Assembly (NCBI RefSeq): GCF_031769215.1
Contig: NW_026781981.1
Location: 930,001-994,000 of the forward strand
Reading direction: 5' to 3'
Source of the DNA: Ylistrum balloti
Lineage: Eukaryota
Length of the DNA: 64,000 bases
This document shows positions 1-11,113 of this stretch, piece by piece (position 1 is the first letter of the stretch; the number at the start of each line of letters is the position of its first letter). Both the position numbers and the translations under genes were made by a program. The notes beneath the pieces were generated by a model, which had not been told where the DNA came from, searched no databases, and saw only the letters and a program-made list of their open reading frames with translations.

Positions 1-107
1 AACAGGATGCTTCTGCAGCTGCCAAAACTGATGCTAACAGGATCACAACTCCTTGGAAGGAGGCCATTGTCAATAATGCTTTCAACTTGCTAGATTTGTT
101 CTCTTAA
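1..107 (+). CDS. Possible 3' end of a coding sequence running in from the left edge (...QDASAAAKTDANRITTPWKEAIVNNAFNLLDLFS*)
   Basis: Open, protein-like frame from nt 3 to a TAA at 105-107, with higher GC than the surroundings; AATAAA-like cluster near 668-710. No family recognised. Confidence 0.3.
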   Translation, partial: QDASAAAKTDANRITTPWKEAIVNNAFNLLDLFS

Positions 108-2356
108 AATTAACCTCCCACACTTAGCGCGATGTCTTATGTACTGTGGGTAAGGGAGCACGATTCGGTCAGTCATCACTCATGATGTCAAGTCATTTGT
201 TAACACTCCGCTTATGGCTAATAATAACTGCTCATTGGATGGCTTTGAGCAGCATTTGGGCGTCATTAGTTTTCTGTGATGCACTGTTGCTATCGGGAGT
301 GTTCAACATCACAAGAAATTGAGGAAAACATACGCATTTGATTCGTGGTACACACACCAGTTATGTAGAATTTCCTACAAAAACAGACACGATCACGGCA
401 TTGACATTCAGGTTGATGTACAACTTTGTTTTGAAACAGAATGTTTGACGCGCTTCTGGTTGTGGATAAAAAAAAACTCAAATCAAAGGTGCTTGGGATG
501 TGTATCGTGTGTTTATACTGAAATCAGAGGGCTGAGGAGTGGAAGTGTTCTAAGCAAGTCTGCATTTCGTGTGTGTCATATGGAATGCAAAAAAGCGGGT
601 ACAGAGAGGAGGATGGGGATGATTCAAGGGGTCCTGACATTTCCTCCTTTTCAAATCGCACACACGCAATAAAAATAAAGTAGATAAATAAAATAGAATA
701 AAATAAAGATACCCTCCGAAATGAATGTACCGAGGAAAAGCCATGTTAATACATGCATAGAAAATGCACCGGAATGCATTAATGGTGCACCCCGGACTCC
801 CTTAATAATGGAGAAAGGACGAAGGGGAGGGAGGAGGGGGTATATCTGTCCTAAACACAACCTATATCTCCTTATATGTCGCCCGAGACAACCCTCTTCC
901 AGAAGCACAAAATATAGTATATGTGACAATTATGAGTATTATAATTGTTTGAAGTATGTCAATTTTCCTTACAAATTGATCAGAATGTCTTGATAGCAAG
1001 TACCTTACCGGTAGCAAGGGGGGAAGGAATCTATTATCTGGTAAGTAGTAAGCAAGATATTTAAATGATCATAGATATTAGAGAGAATGTTTTATATCGT
1101 AACAAATATTATATCAATACTAAGTAAAATACAATCTGACATAACTTCCTAACAGCAGTGCCTACAAGCATACATTATATTCAAGTGGGTTTATATTCAT
1201 TCTAATAACACGCCAAAAAACCTCGTATGTCTAAATATGTGATGTATAACGTGCGCATGTATGTTGGTATGTTAGAATATACAAGTATGCGAAAGTGACG
1301 ATGGAAAGATTAAATAGATATAACACTAAATGAGAATGGGATGAAACTGATACACGAGAGTGTAAACAAAGGAGAGAGTGTGTTTTGAGTGATATTCCTC
1401 CTGAATGAGGAATTCACATTGTATAATAACACAAGGAATAGAATTCTGAATAAAATTTTAATTAGAAAATAAAATCCTGTACAAATCAGTATATACGCTA
1501 ATATCTGCACAACAATGACTCCATGATATGTTTATTATTATATCTATTTGCATCTACTGACATTGTCTACCAAATATATTATATACGTAGTATTGTTTAG
1601 GACCACGAATTAATCTGTCAGTTGATAAAAACAAGAAAATACCGACGTATTTACAGAATAGCTCAAATCAGTAGAAAGAGATGAATGTATTACTTCTTTA
1701 AACATTGCTCAATACTCAATAATGCCAAATACTGGTGAAATGATTTTATCGTTGTGGAAAAATGAAAAGATAAAATGAAAAAAAACATGCACTGTAACAT
1801 CATGCTTTTTTGCTATTTTACAAAAAAAAAAAAGAACTCTCGCTGGCGTTTAATTTCACGGGTCTTATCTAATTCACTTGTGCTCAACTTCATTTCTTTT
1901 TTCTCTGGATATCATTTCATGGACATATTAATTCGTAGTTAAAGAGTAATCACGAATTTAACCAAACTTAAATTCCTGCGAATAGTGATGTGGCCTGCTG
2001 AATTTTAAATATTTTCCATCTTAATCATTATTTATTTTTAAATAAAACACATGCTAGTTTCAACCCGACATAGGAGCAATTACTTAGGCGTAGACGTTGC
2101 TATTTATTACACAAAGTTCTAACCAGACGTCTCTAAATCACAGTTGGTATTATATATAGATTTTCTCATTAACAAAGATGTCAGCTCGTAATAGAAATGT
2201 CTTCATTACTTGGCTTGAATAAATTAACTCTACTAGATAAAAACCCGAATTCTAAAAACAACATAATAATCAAAATATTTCATCGTGGCAGAAATAATTC
2301 AAAAACAAAAACGGGTTGTTCATTATAATGTTCCACTGCTTTCATTAATAGTCTTC

Positions 2357-2858
2357 TACCCCTGTAACCTTACGATTCTGGGTGAGGGGAAAGCTGTATG
2401 TTTTCCACCCATGTCATTGATACAGGTTTCTATAGTAGCCCTGTAACCTTACGGTTCTGGTTGAAGGGAAAGCTGTATTATTCCACTCCTGTCATTGATA
2501 CAAGTTTCTATAGTAGCCCTGTAACATCCAGGATCTGGTTGAGGGGAAAGCTGTATGTTTTCCATCCATGTCATTGATACAGGTTTCTATAGTAACCATG
2601 TAACATCCAGGATCTGATTGAGGGGAAAGCTGTATTATTCCACTCCTGTCATTTATACAGGTTTCTTTAGTAGCTCTGTAACATCCAGGATCTGGTTGAG
2701 AGGAAAGCGGTATTATTCCACTCCTGTCATTGATACAGGTTTCTATAGTAGCCTTGTTACCTTAAGGTTCTGGTTGAGGGGGAAAACTCTATTATTCCTT
2801 GTCTGTCCTTGATACAGGTTTCTATAGTAGCCCTGTAATCTCAAGGTTCTGATTGAGG
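2357..2858. repeat. 78-79 bp tandem array, about 6.5 copies, overlapping the stop codon and 3' UTR of the G-alpha gene
   Basis: Recurrent CTATAGTAGCCCTGTAAC...GGTTGAGGGGAAAGCTGTAT...GTCATTGATACAGGTTT; equivalent positions at about 2361, 2440, 2518, 2597, 2675, 2753, 2832. Confidence 0.95.
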
Positions 2859-3006
2859 AGGATAGCCATGGTCGAGTTGAAGATTCGATCAAAATTTTCT
2901 GTGTCTATGGCTTTGGTAAGGTGACAGTACACGTCATCCGTTCGACGGCCTGCCGTGATAAACTGATTGCAGATATATTGGGACGAATCGCTGAAAGAAT
3001 TGTCAC
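2822..3006 (-). CDS. G-alpha exon 8 ([60 protein letters not shown])
   Basis: 185 nt to TAG at 2824-2822; CTTTCTGCAG acceptor; G5-like TKAID. Confidence 0.92.
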
Positions 3007-6000
3007 CTGCAGAAAGAAAAAATCGAAATTAGTTTCAAAATCACCAATTTGTGCACTCAGAACTATTTGTATTTAAATGTACGCTATTTATTAATTATTT
3101 ATTTTTAGAACACCTTTTCCAACCTTAAACTGCTGATATATAAAGTATCAACCGATTATTTATAGCAGCCTTTTGATTAGGGTATTGTCCATATGTGTTT
3201 AGTATTTTATGTAGCTTTCATTAAACGTATTATAAAGAAGAACAAAATTCAAGATTTACCAGATATTTGCTCATCAAAGGACGAGACATATAAATAACAC
3301 AATGGAAATTTTCGTGTGAAACACCATGTTATGTTTCGCCTTGTTTCATGTGTATACTATTTACCTTTATATTCTGGAAAGCAGCACTGGAGAGTTTTCC
3401 TTTTTATTAGGATTTGGAACACATCTATTTTATTTAAGAAAAGAACAAACGCTGATTTCGAAAGATATTTGTTTCTACATAAGGACCTAAACAGCGCTAA
3501 CGACTGGAGAAGTTTGCTCTGAAAGAAAAAAACAAATTTTCATAGAGTGCATTGAAATCATGCATAAAGTTTAGTGTTTTGATAAAGAATATAGATGAAT
3601 GAAAAACACGTATGGACATATTATTGATTTCAACACCAATCAAAGCTGAGGATTCTTTATATGTTCTATATCGAAATGAAAGTCTGATAACATGATAACT
3701 TGTTTATATTAAATAAAAATCTAACGCTTAGATATTGACCTATTTACAAACTAATCTACCACACAGACATATGCAAAAAAACTTGTCAAGGGGAAAAGGT
3801 CTCCAAATGTGTTTTGTATGTAATTTTAGTATGTGGAACAGAAACATGTTTCAAAATGTTTTCTTATTATGAAGTTCGGCAGTTACCTTTCTAGTTAAGT
3901 CGTCTATCTGAAAGTAGAAATTCATGGCTGTCACAAATATAACGGCTGTGACGTTGTCAAAACAATGAATCCACTTCCTTCGTTCTGACGTCTGTCCTCC
4001 AACATCTACCATACTGCAAAAATGTTGACGTTTGTATGAATGCTAAGCTAATGTTGATGTGAATAACATATAAAGGTGGTATCTGATATTATTATTTGAA
4101 AAATAACTTGTGAAGGTGAAATTGGTGTTTGATCTTGTCATGTGAATAACAAGTGGTGATGAATGGTGGTGTCTGAACTTATGTGAATAACACGTGAAGG
4201 TGAAGATGGTGCATGATCTTATTATGTGAATAACACGTAAATGTGGTGTCTGACATTATTTTGTGAATATCATGTGAAGGTGGTAGCGGATCGAACAACT
4301 CCATCCACTAACCATGCCTAGTTGAATGGATCCGTTAACTTTATATGGTTAACGCGATCCGCTAACATCCGCTCATCATGTTTAGTTGAATGGATCCGTT
4401 AACCATACATGTTTAACTCGATCAACTAACCATGCCTAGTTAAATGGATCCGCTAACCATGTACGATCAATTCAATTTGCTAACAACTTTTTGTACGAAA
4501 TCATTTCAATTTCTGACAAAGAGAAAAGGGTCATGGTAAAGATGCAATCAGTATTTACCATAAAATTTTTCCTTTGAAGTCAAAGTTGAGTTCTGTGACA
4601 CCTGAAGTAGTAACCCGAGCGCAGAGGATATCCTGGTCAGTTGGGACGTAATCAGGGGAAGCTATCCGGTCAAACGACCTGAAAAGGCTACAATATTTTG
4701 AAATTTTCAAAGTATCAGCAAAGTATTGTCTTAAATCGTTATCTTGATGTGTATATACGAATAAGTAACACGCCCATTATTTAAGAAACAAAAAACATAT
4801 ACTGATAAATAATGGTAATACATTGGTGGTTATTTTATGTTTTGAAGGTCTAACTCACTACTGCGCTCCATCTCCAAGACAATATTCCTGGCCCCTTTTC
4901 ATGCAGGCTTGAAATCCTCCTGAGTTGTATAAACATTTCAACTCCAACCGGAAATCCAGTATGTTTTGGAATGCATTGGCGTTCGTTAGATACTTATCTG
5001 CATATTCCTGCAATTCAGTTAATGTATTTAATGTATAAAGCATTGTTTGGTTAGTAATAAGTAGCAAATTCATCATCGTCATGTTTCTTAATTGCTTAGA
5101 AATAATTGACATTGTACTGTTAATATATAAGCGTATAATTATTATATATAAAATTGTTTTGTAAATGGCTTATGCGCTGTCAGGAAACTGAATCTAATGA
5201 CCTATATTCTTTGCCGTTTCAATGCAAATAACAAATAAACTCTTTTGACATATTTCTGATAATTTGATAATCAACTATCCAAGTTTTGTCTATCTAAATT
5301 ATGTTTATTGCTACTCTTTATCACATAGATATTAACATTCAACAATTGTATAGCACATTTATGCTTTCATTTATGAATGTCAATGAATACTTATTTAACA
5401 TGCAGACAACAATAAGTGAGTTTTAACTTTGTTCTTGTATTTGGCTTGGATTTAATACTTCAGACACAAAGGAGTCATTTTTCTAGACAGTGATAGTACA
5501 ACTATGGAAACCGAACGCAGCGCACAGGTATTCAATTGTGAGTTTTTGGTTATTTTGAATAACGATGGCCTCAGTGCCAGGAGAACAGAACTACGATTTC
5601 CCCTAATTTATAACTATTAGTACATTTAAATATCCTTGCCTATAACTAATTGTCTTCGTTTCTAATACAATATTACGTATCAACAGAAACCAAAACCAAG
5701 CAATGCAAGTGATCAGCTTACAAAACAACGAAATATAAGGTAATCACACGAGAAGAAATAACTGGCTTTCATATACAGTGCTGCAGATAAGTGACCGAAA
5801 CGATAAAATGACAATCTCGTCTATTATTGAACTTTGCTTTTTTAACATTACATTGTATCTGGCGTGACAGTAAAAAATGAGTTCAGAACTCATCGGTAAT
5901 TGTCTGATAATACCAAACTATAACCTGTCATGACTTTGTGTTATATGTGGTATCATCTATTACAACTAAGCTATAGTCTATGATTTTTTTCTCAAGTAGT

Positions 6001-8162
6001 TTTGTCTCATAATAACCCTCTTGCTTTGTGTAATATGTGATGTCTTCTGATAATGTAAGGCTATAACCCGTTCTTGTTTTGTGGCACATGTGGTGTCGTC
6101 TGATAATGCAAAGTTATAACCCGTTCCTGCTTTGTGTTATATATGATTTGGTCTGATAATGCAAAGCTATAATCCGTTCTTGCTTTGTGTTATATATGAT
6201 TTGGTCTGATAATGCAAAGCTATAACCCGTTCTTGCTTTGTGTTATATATGATTTGGTCTGATAATGCAAAGCTATAACCCGTTCTTGCTTTGTGTTATA
6301 GATAATATCGTATGATAATGCATAGCTATAACCCGTTCTTGCTTTGTGATATACATGATATGGTCTGATAATGCAAAGCTATAACCCGTTCTTGCTTTGT
6401 GTTATATATGATATGGTCTGATAATGCAAAGCTATAACCCGTTCTTGTTTTGTGTTATATGTGTTACATGGTGTTGGCGCTTTACCTTTGTTGTCTGGTC
6501 GTCAAATGCGATATTGAGCACAGCCATATTCTGCAGAATGATTTCAGTGTATTGAAGGAGATTCTCTATTATTACTGCCTTGAAATCCATTCGTTCTGAC
6601 AGACAAAAACCATCTTTGTGCAAAATCCTACAACATAAAATCGACAACAGCTAGCAAGAAGTGATGAGGTCCGACTGAACTGAAAAAGCATTTTTTATTC
6701 ATTTTGAATTGTCATATCAATGTTTTATGATAATGTTTTGACACTAGTTTTTTCACAGTTTAATTGCTAATGAAAGATTAAGCGTATAAGGGGAACAAGG
6801 CCCAATGGATGTATTGAGTTTATAATGCGCCTGTCTAACTGGTACAATGAGTCTTGTCAGTTACAACTGTTGCTCTGTCCTCCAGTAGACAAAACAACAA
6901 TACAGATTATATACAATGACATTGATGCTATGTAATGGTCATCCAAACTCTTTATTATTCGTATTGTATTTGATTAATGATATATTTGTTTGTGAGGATG
7001 ATGCTTACAAAATTAATCTTAAAACATTGCAAATATGAATTATGACCAGTGTAGACACTTCAAATGTGCATACATAAGAACAATTTAGCCATCATGATCA
7101 ACTGATTGTCGTTAGTCTCACTCAATAACGTCAATATAGAGAACGTTCCTTTCAAAAAATATTTCTTTCTTTGTAAGACGAAGAAGAAGGAGAAGATGAA
7201 GAGGAAGAAGTAGAAGAAAATTAAATCATTAGTAATATTTTCTTGACTGACTATAGAAATCATGGATATGAAGATTTTCATTGATATACTAAATACGTAG
7301 GAGATTCTACAGTAATTGATATGGTTAAGAATAAACTTCAGCTGATGCTCCATGTTGTGACAATTATTACGTACCTCATTTGCTTAAAAAGTGTAGTTTT
7401 TCCAGACCCGGAATCACCTGTAAAGATCAGTTGTATGTAGACATTGATGTATTGTTGTACATGTATTTGTGAAACAATCCTCAATTACACGGGTACGTGT
7501 TTTCATTCATTCAGCCGCCATGTAAATCTTGGTCAATCCAAGTAAGTAATATCTCGTTCTCAATGAGAACAAGGTGAATGACAACGGAACAAACAAGCAA
7601 ACTAACCATCATCAAAGACGTCCAGCTTCATAATTCACAAAGAAAAAGATTATTTCTCAATTGAATCACTGTGACGATCTAAAATCCTCTCGACTATTTT
7701 CATCAACCTGCATCTTCTTAAACATTGTGTTACTAGTTTGACAGTATGTGGAATGTTGATTTGAACAGACTTCTGATGTAAAATATTTCAGATGTTCATA
7801 TCATCCACTACTAATTAATTCTTAATAAAATGCTATACGTCCTTGTATGATTATTTATTTGGATACACAATCCATCTGATCAATGCAAGACTGTTGAATA
7901 TTTTATACATTAATATAATGTAGAAGAGAGTTCTTAATATCATTTACATTTTCGTTTCATGTTCGATTGCTGTTCATTAAAAACACATTAATATTATCAA
8001 TTGTTCCCATCATTTTTAATTTTCACATCGATTGATTTACTTACCTAACAGCAAAAATTTTAACTTTTTAATTTTTCGTTCTTTTGCGATACTGATGTCT
8101 ATTTGTCTAGAATGTTCTTGTTGAACTGTGAGCAGAATATTCCGACTTCCTCCACAACCCAT
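2822..8162 (-). CDS. Heterotrimeric G-protein alpha subunit, divergent, Gi/o-like gene structure (348 aa, 8 coding exons)
   Basis: Exons (minus): 8162-8045, 7417-7375, 6627-6486, 5007-4859, 4687-4559, 4013-3887, 3518-3365, 3006-2822 (118/43/142/149/129/127/154/185 nt = 1047 nt). All introns are GT-AG with compatible phases. Protein: [11 protein letters not shown]...[29 protein letters not shown]...[12 protein letters not shown]...[27 protein letters not shown]...LFLNKIDVF...[13 protein letters not shown]...[11 protein letters not shown]1-G5 boxes and the MGCxxS lipidation motif are present. Confidence 0.95.
3365..3518 (-). CDS. G-alpha exon 7 ([52 protein letters not shown])
   Basis: 154 nt; TTCTTTCAG acceptor; AAAG|GTAA donor; NKxD motif. 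Confidence 0.95.
3887..4013 (-). CDS. G-alpha exon 6 ([42 protein letters not shown]; switch II/III)
   Basis: 127 nt; TTTTTGCAG acceptor; AAG|GTAACT donor; DVGGQ motif. Confidence 0.95.
4040..4470. repeat. Degenerate intronic repeats in G-alpha intron 5: TGTGAATAAC-containing units (about 4040-4285) and 54-64 bp units with GGATCCGTTAAC palindromes (about 4290-4470)
   Basis: TGTGAATAACA..GTGAAGGTG recurs; AGTT(G/A)AATGGATCCG occurs at about 4320, 4384 and 4438. Confidence 0.75.
4559..4687 (-). CDS. G-alpha exon 5 ([43 protein letters not shown]; switch I)
   Basis: 129 nt; ATTGTAG acceptor; TG|GTAAAT donor; RxxT motif. Confidence 0.93.
4859..5007 (-). CDS. G-alpha exon 4 ([50 protein letters not shown])
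   Basis: 149 nt; TTGCAG acceptor; TA|GTGAGT donor. The stop shown in the ORF track is an artefact of reading into the intron. Confidence 0.9.
6010..6460. repeat. 53-bp minisatellite, about 8 copies, in G-alpha intron 3
   Basis: GATAATGCAAAGCTATAACCCGTTCTTGCTTTGTGTTATATATGATTTGGTCT at 6102, 6155, 6208, 6261, 6314, 6367, 6420. Confidence 0.95.
6486..6627 (-). CDS. G-alpha exon 3 ([47 protein letters not shown])
   Basis: 142 nt; TGTTGTAG acceptor; AAG|GTAAAG donor; matches the start of the helical domain. Confidence 0.92.
7375..7417 (-). CDS. G-alpha exon 2 (P-loop [15 protein letters not shown])
   Basis: 43 nt; TTTACAG|GT acceptor; AG|GTACGT donor. Confidence 0.93.
8045..8162 (-). CDS. G-alpha coding exon 1 ([40 protein letters not shown])
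   Basis: ATG at 8162; 118 nt; donor TTAG|GTAAGT. The exon extends 5' as UTR to an acceptor at 8236 (TTTTAG|GAAG). Confidence 0.92.
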
Positions 8163-8895
8163 GATGATGTCGGTTCAGAAGGTGTATTATACCAGGGAAC
8201 AAGTGGAAATATACTCCATTGATGTCACAACACTTCCTAAAATTAATCCAATATATGCAGTTACTCACAACTATGGTTAAAGTTTTTGAAACATAGCTTT
8301 TTTATGGCTCATGTCTTGGTTTGAAAAACAAATATTAAACTTAATTGCTATAAGAGAATCGTATACTAAGACGAGGAAGATGATTGATAATTTTCAACTG
8401 TGTGTATTTGGATTTTTATGACTAATCATTTGTATATCTGATACACGCGCCCTGAATTTTTTTCTTTATATATAAGATTGATACTTTTTACTTCTACTGC
8501 GAATACATGCATTGACAATATTGTTTTATTCCATTTACATTCAAGACGTAGATAGGAAAAATAACCCGAAAAACGAAAAAAAAAAAAAAATAATGAAATA
8601 AATAATAAAATTGATAAATACACGAAAAGAATCAAAGAACACATGCGGAATATTGATACAAGCCCAACTCATAACGTAAGTATTGGCCAGCGCAATGACA
8701 ACAGACCAAACCAGATCAACCCAGACTCAACCAGACCAAACCGAACCAGAACATGCCATGTTTTAGAGTATGCCTTTACAGAAATATTAAACTCCATTGT
8801 AGCTCTTATATTAGTCCATAACGTTGTCGTAATTAACTGACTTAACATGAATTGAATTTAAATTAAAGATAGACATTTTAACTGAAAAGACTTAC

Positions 8896-8970
8896 CTTAA
8901 ACAGGTCGATGTCGGAATGTCGCCATGATGAAGATGAATGAACTAGCACTGTGATTGTCTGACACAAAGT
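8896..8970 (-). other. Putative non-coding 5' UTR exon of the G-alpha gene
   Basis: Strong donor TTAAG|GTAAGT at 8896/8895, upstream of the acceptor at 8236. The 5' end is not defined. Confidence 0.45.
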
Positions 8971-10526
8971 GTCTTTTTGTAAACAACGTATGCATCAATT
9001 TTACATGGGTTTTGGAAAAAATGTCCTGTTGTATTAAAATGCTAAAGATAAAAGAGCATTACAGTACATCAGCTCTGCGATCTCGAAAAGTAATCGGCTT
9101 TTCTCCTCTTTCCTTTTATGGTCATTAGCATACAGACTAGAGCAGATTGTGGTGGTATTATTTGATATAAGGATAAACCTATTTTCTCACCTATCCGGTA
9201 TCACTGTTAATCACATGTTGACGTGTACTTTTAACGCTAGATAAGCATGGGGAAATTACGAAAATACATAGCTTTCTCAATAACAACCTCTTTGTGATTG
9301 ATTTTACATAGTTTTAATTTGGTGGCATGTGTAACATTTTATTTCATTTATATATGCTGTGAAAACATACATGTTTTGATTACGTTTGTATTGATTAATG
9401 AAATTGAGACATGTGTCAAGTAATGGTTAGCATTTTTACCGCGAACAGCATGAGCGTTTTTGCGGGCGGATTTTGATCTATTACGTCAGTACGCCATTAG
9501 CATGTAAGCCAGGTTCAAGGTCTGATCTTGAATAAAATACTCTCATGTGTTTCGTTGATTCTGTTTTGTTCATATGGCAGTGTGGTATGATATACATGTG
9601 TATGCATTGAACTACAAAATTAATAATACTAATAATGTGAGTAGAATGAAATACTAACGTAAGTATTTTGTGTACATATGTAAACACTTTTTTGTCAGCC
9701 ATACCATAATTAGTTAATTATTTACATCTGTAAAACAGAAGGGTGTATTTCTGCACGAAATATCGAGTGTGGGTAATTTGATTTCCCTCCCACGACTTAT
9801 TGCTATATAGAAAGGTAATTTGGATTAAATCTAGAAGTTCTACATATTATCATTATTAAGATGACCTCTTTCTGCTACAATATGAGATACAATTATTTGA
9901 TATGTTTTATTTTGGTTATGTGACACGATGGTGATGTTTCTATTTTACATCCACGAAGCATCATTTAAACAAGACAACTTTGATAAAAGGATAACTTCTA
10001 TTACACACACAACAAACACATGTACCGTTCTCTTTTGCTTTCGATATATCGATTTGATTATATTTATAATTTTCAAATGATCCATAACTACTTGTCCATG
10101 TTCTACATATCCAGCGAGAGTTATTGTTCTGAATTTCGTTATCGCGATTTCGCTATCAGAAGAAAATGTTTTTGGCTTTAAATGAGAAAAGCATACTTCT
10201 AGCGTTGTCCTGTGATTGGAATACCTGATCAATTGTTATAATCTATAGATATAGGATAAAGAATGTTAACGGTGTAAACCGCATCCATTCCCTTATTGAT
10301 TAGCTGTACGTTGATGAAGCTTTCGGACTTGTGTCACCTAGAGGTGAAAGCTGCACACCACAGGTATTGATATTTAAAATTGAGGAACAGACGTGAATGG
10401 TCAAGGGGGTTGAATTAATTTGAATATTTCCGTGATTCAGAGCAGAACGATGCTTATTTGTATGTTTCATTACTACGTAACTTTTTCTTCTTTTTATGTC
10501 TTATATATTTATAACTATTCCGGAAA

Positions 10527-10945
10527 GGAGGAGTGCCAATTTGGGCCTTCTGGCGGCCATGACCGATATTTTTTATTTCTTGTGTAGGAATTCCTTGGGG
10601 TTAGGCGGTCATGATATGACATAAAATTAAGGTCAGATCTGAGCCATTCATTAGTTATGGGGGGTAAAGTGGGCGGTAAAATTCATAAACAGCTCCATTA
10701 TGACAAACCTACATTATATTTTTGGATTTTTTCTTCATGTAATAATGCATATCAAAACATTCATTAGTAAAATTGATTGAAAAAAATATTCCATTGTTGA
10801 AAAGTAGGTCATGGTAATTAAGCTCATTAATTGCGAATTATATTAAAGATGAACTTAATTTTCTGCCTTAATGTACATAAAAACAATACCTTTATCATGT
10901 ACCATGTTTTAATAAGAAATATTTTTGCATACTTTAAAGAAAACA
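10527..10945 (+). repeat. Left terminal inverted repeat of the transposon
   Basis: Reverse complement of about 13665-14087. Confidence 0.92.
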
Positions 10946-11113
10946 AAGAAGAGGCGGTGCTTTGAATTTTAGTTCGACAACTTTGACCATATGTCTGTAT
11001 CTAGTGGTTTTACCGAAGTATTAACACAGAAATGGCTAATGAAAGATATCAATTTTAACCTCTAGTGTTGCATTTCACTCCACTATACATACAATGGTCG
11101 TACACATAGTTAG

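Noticed and set aside
720-1030. Purine-rich tract resembling a retroelement PPT, and the 90-aa ORF 721-993
   Set aside because: Not followed by a TG-starting LTR, and the ORF has no recognisable domain.
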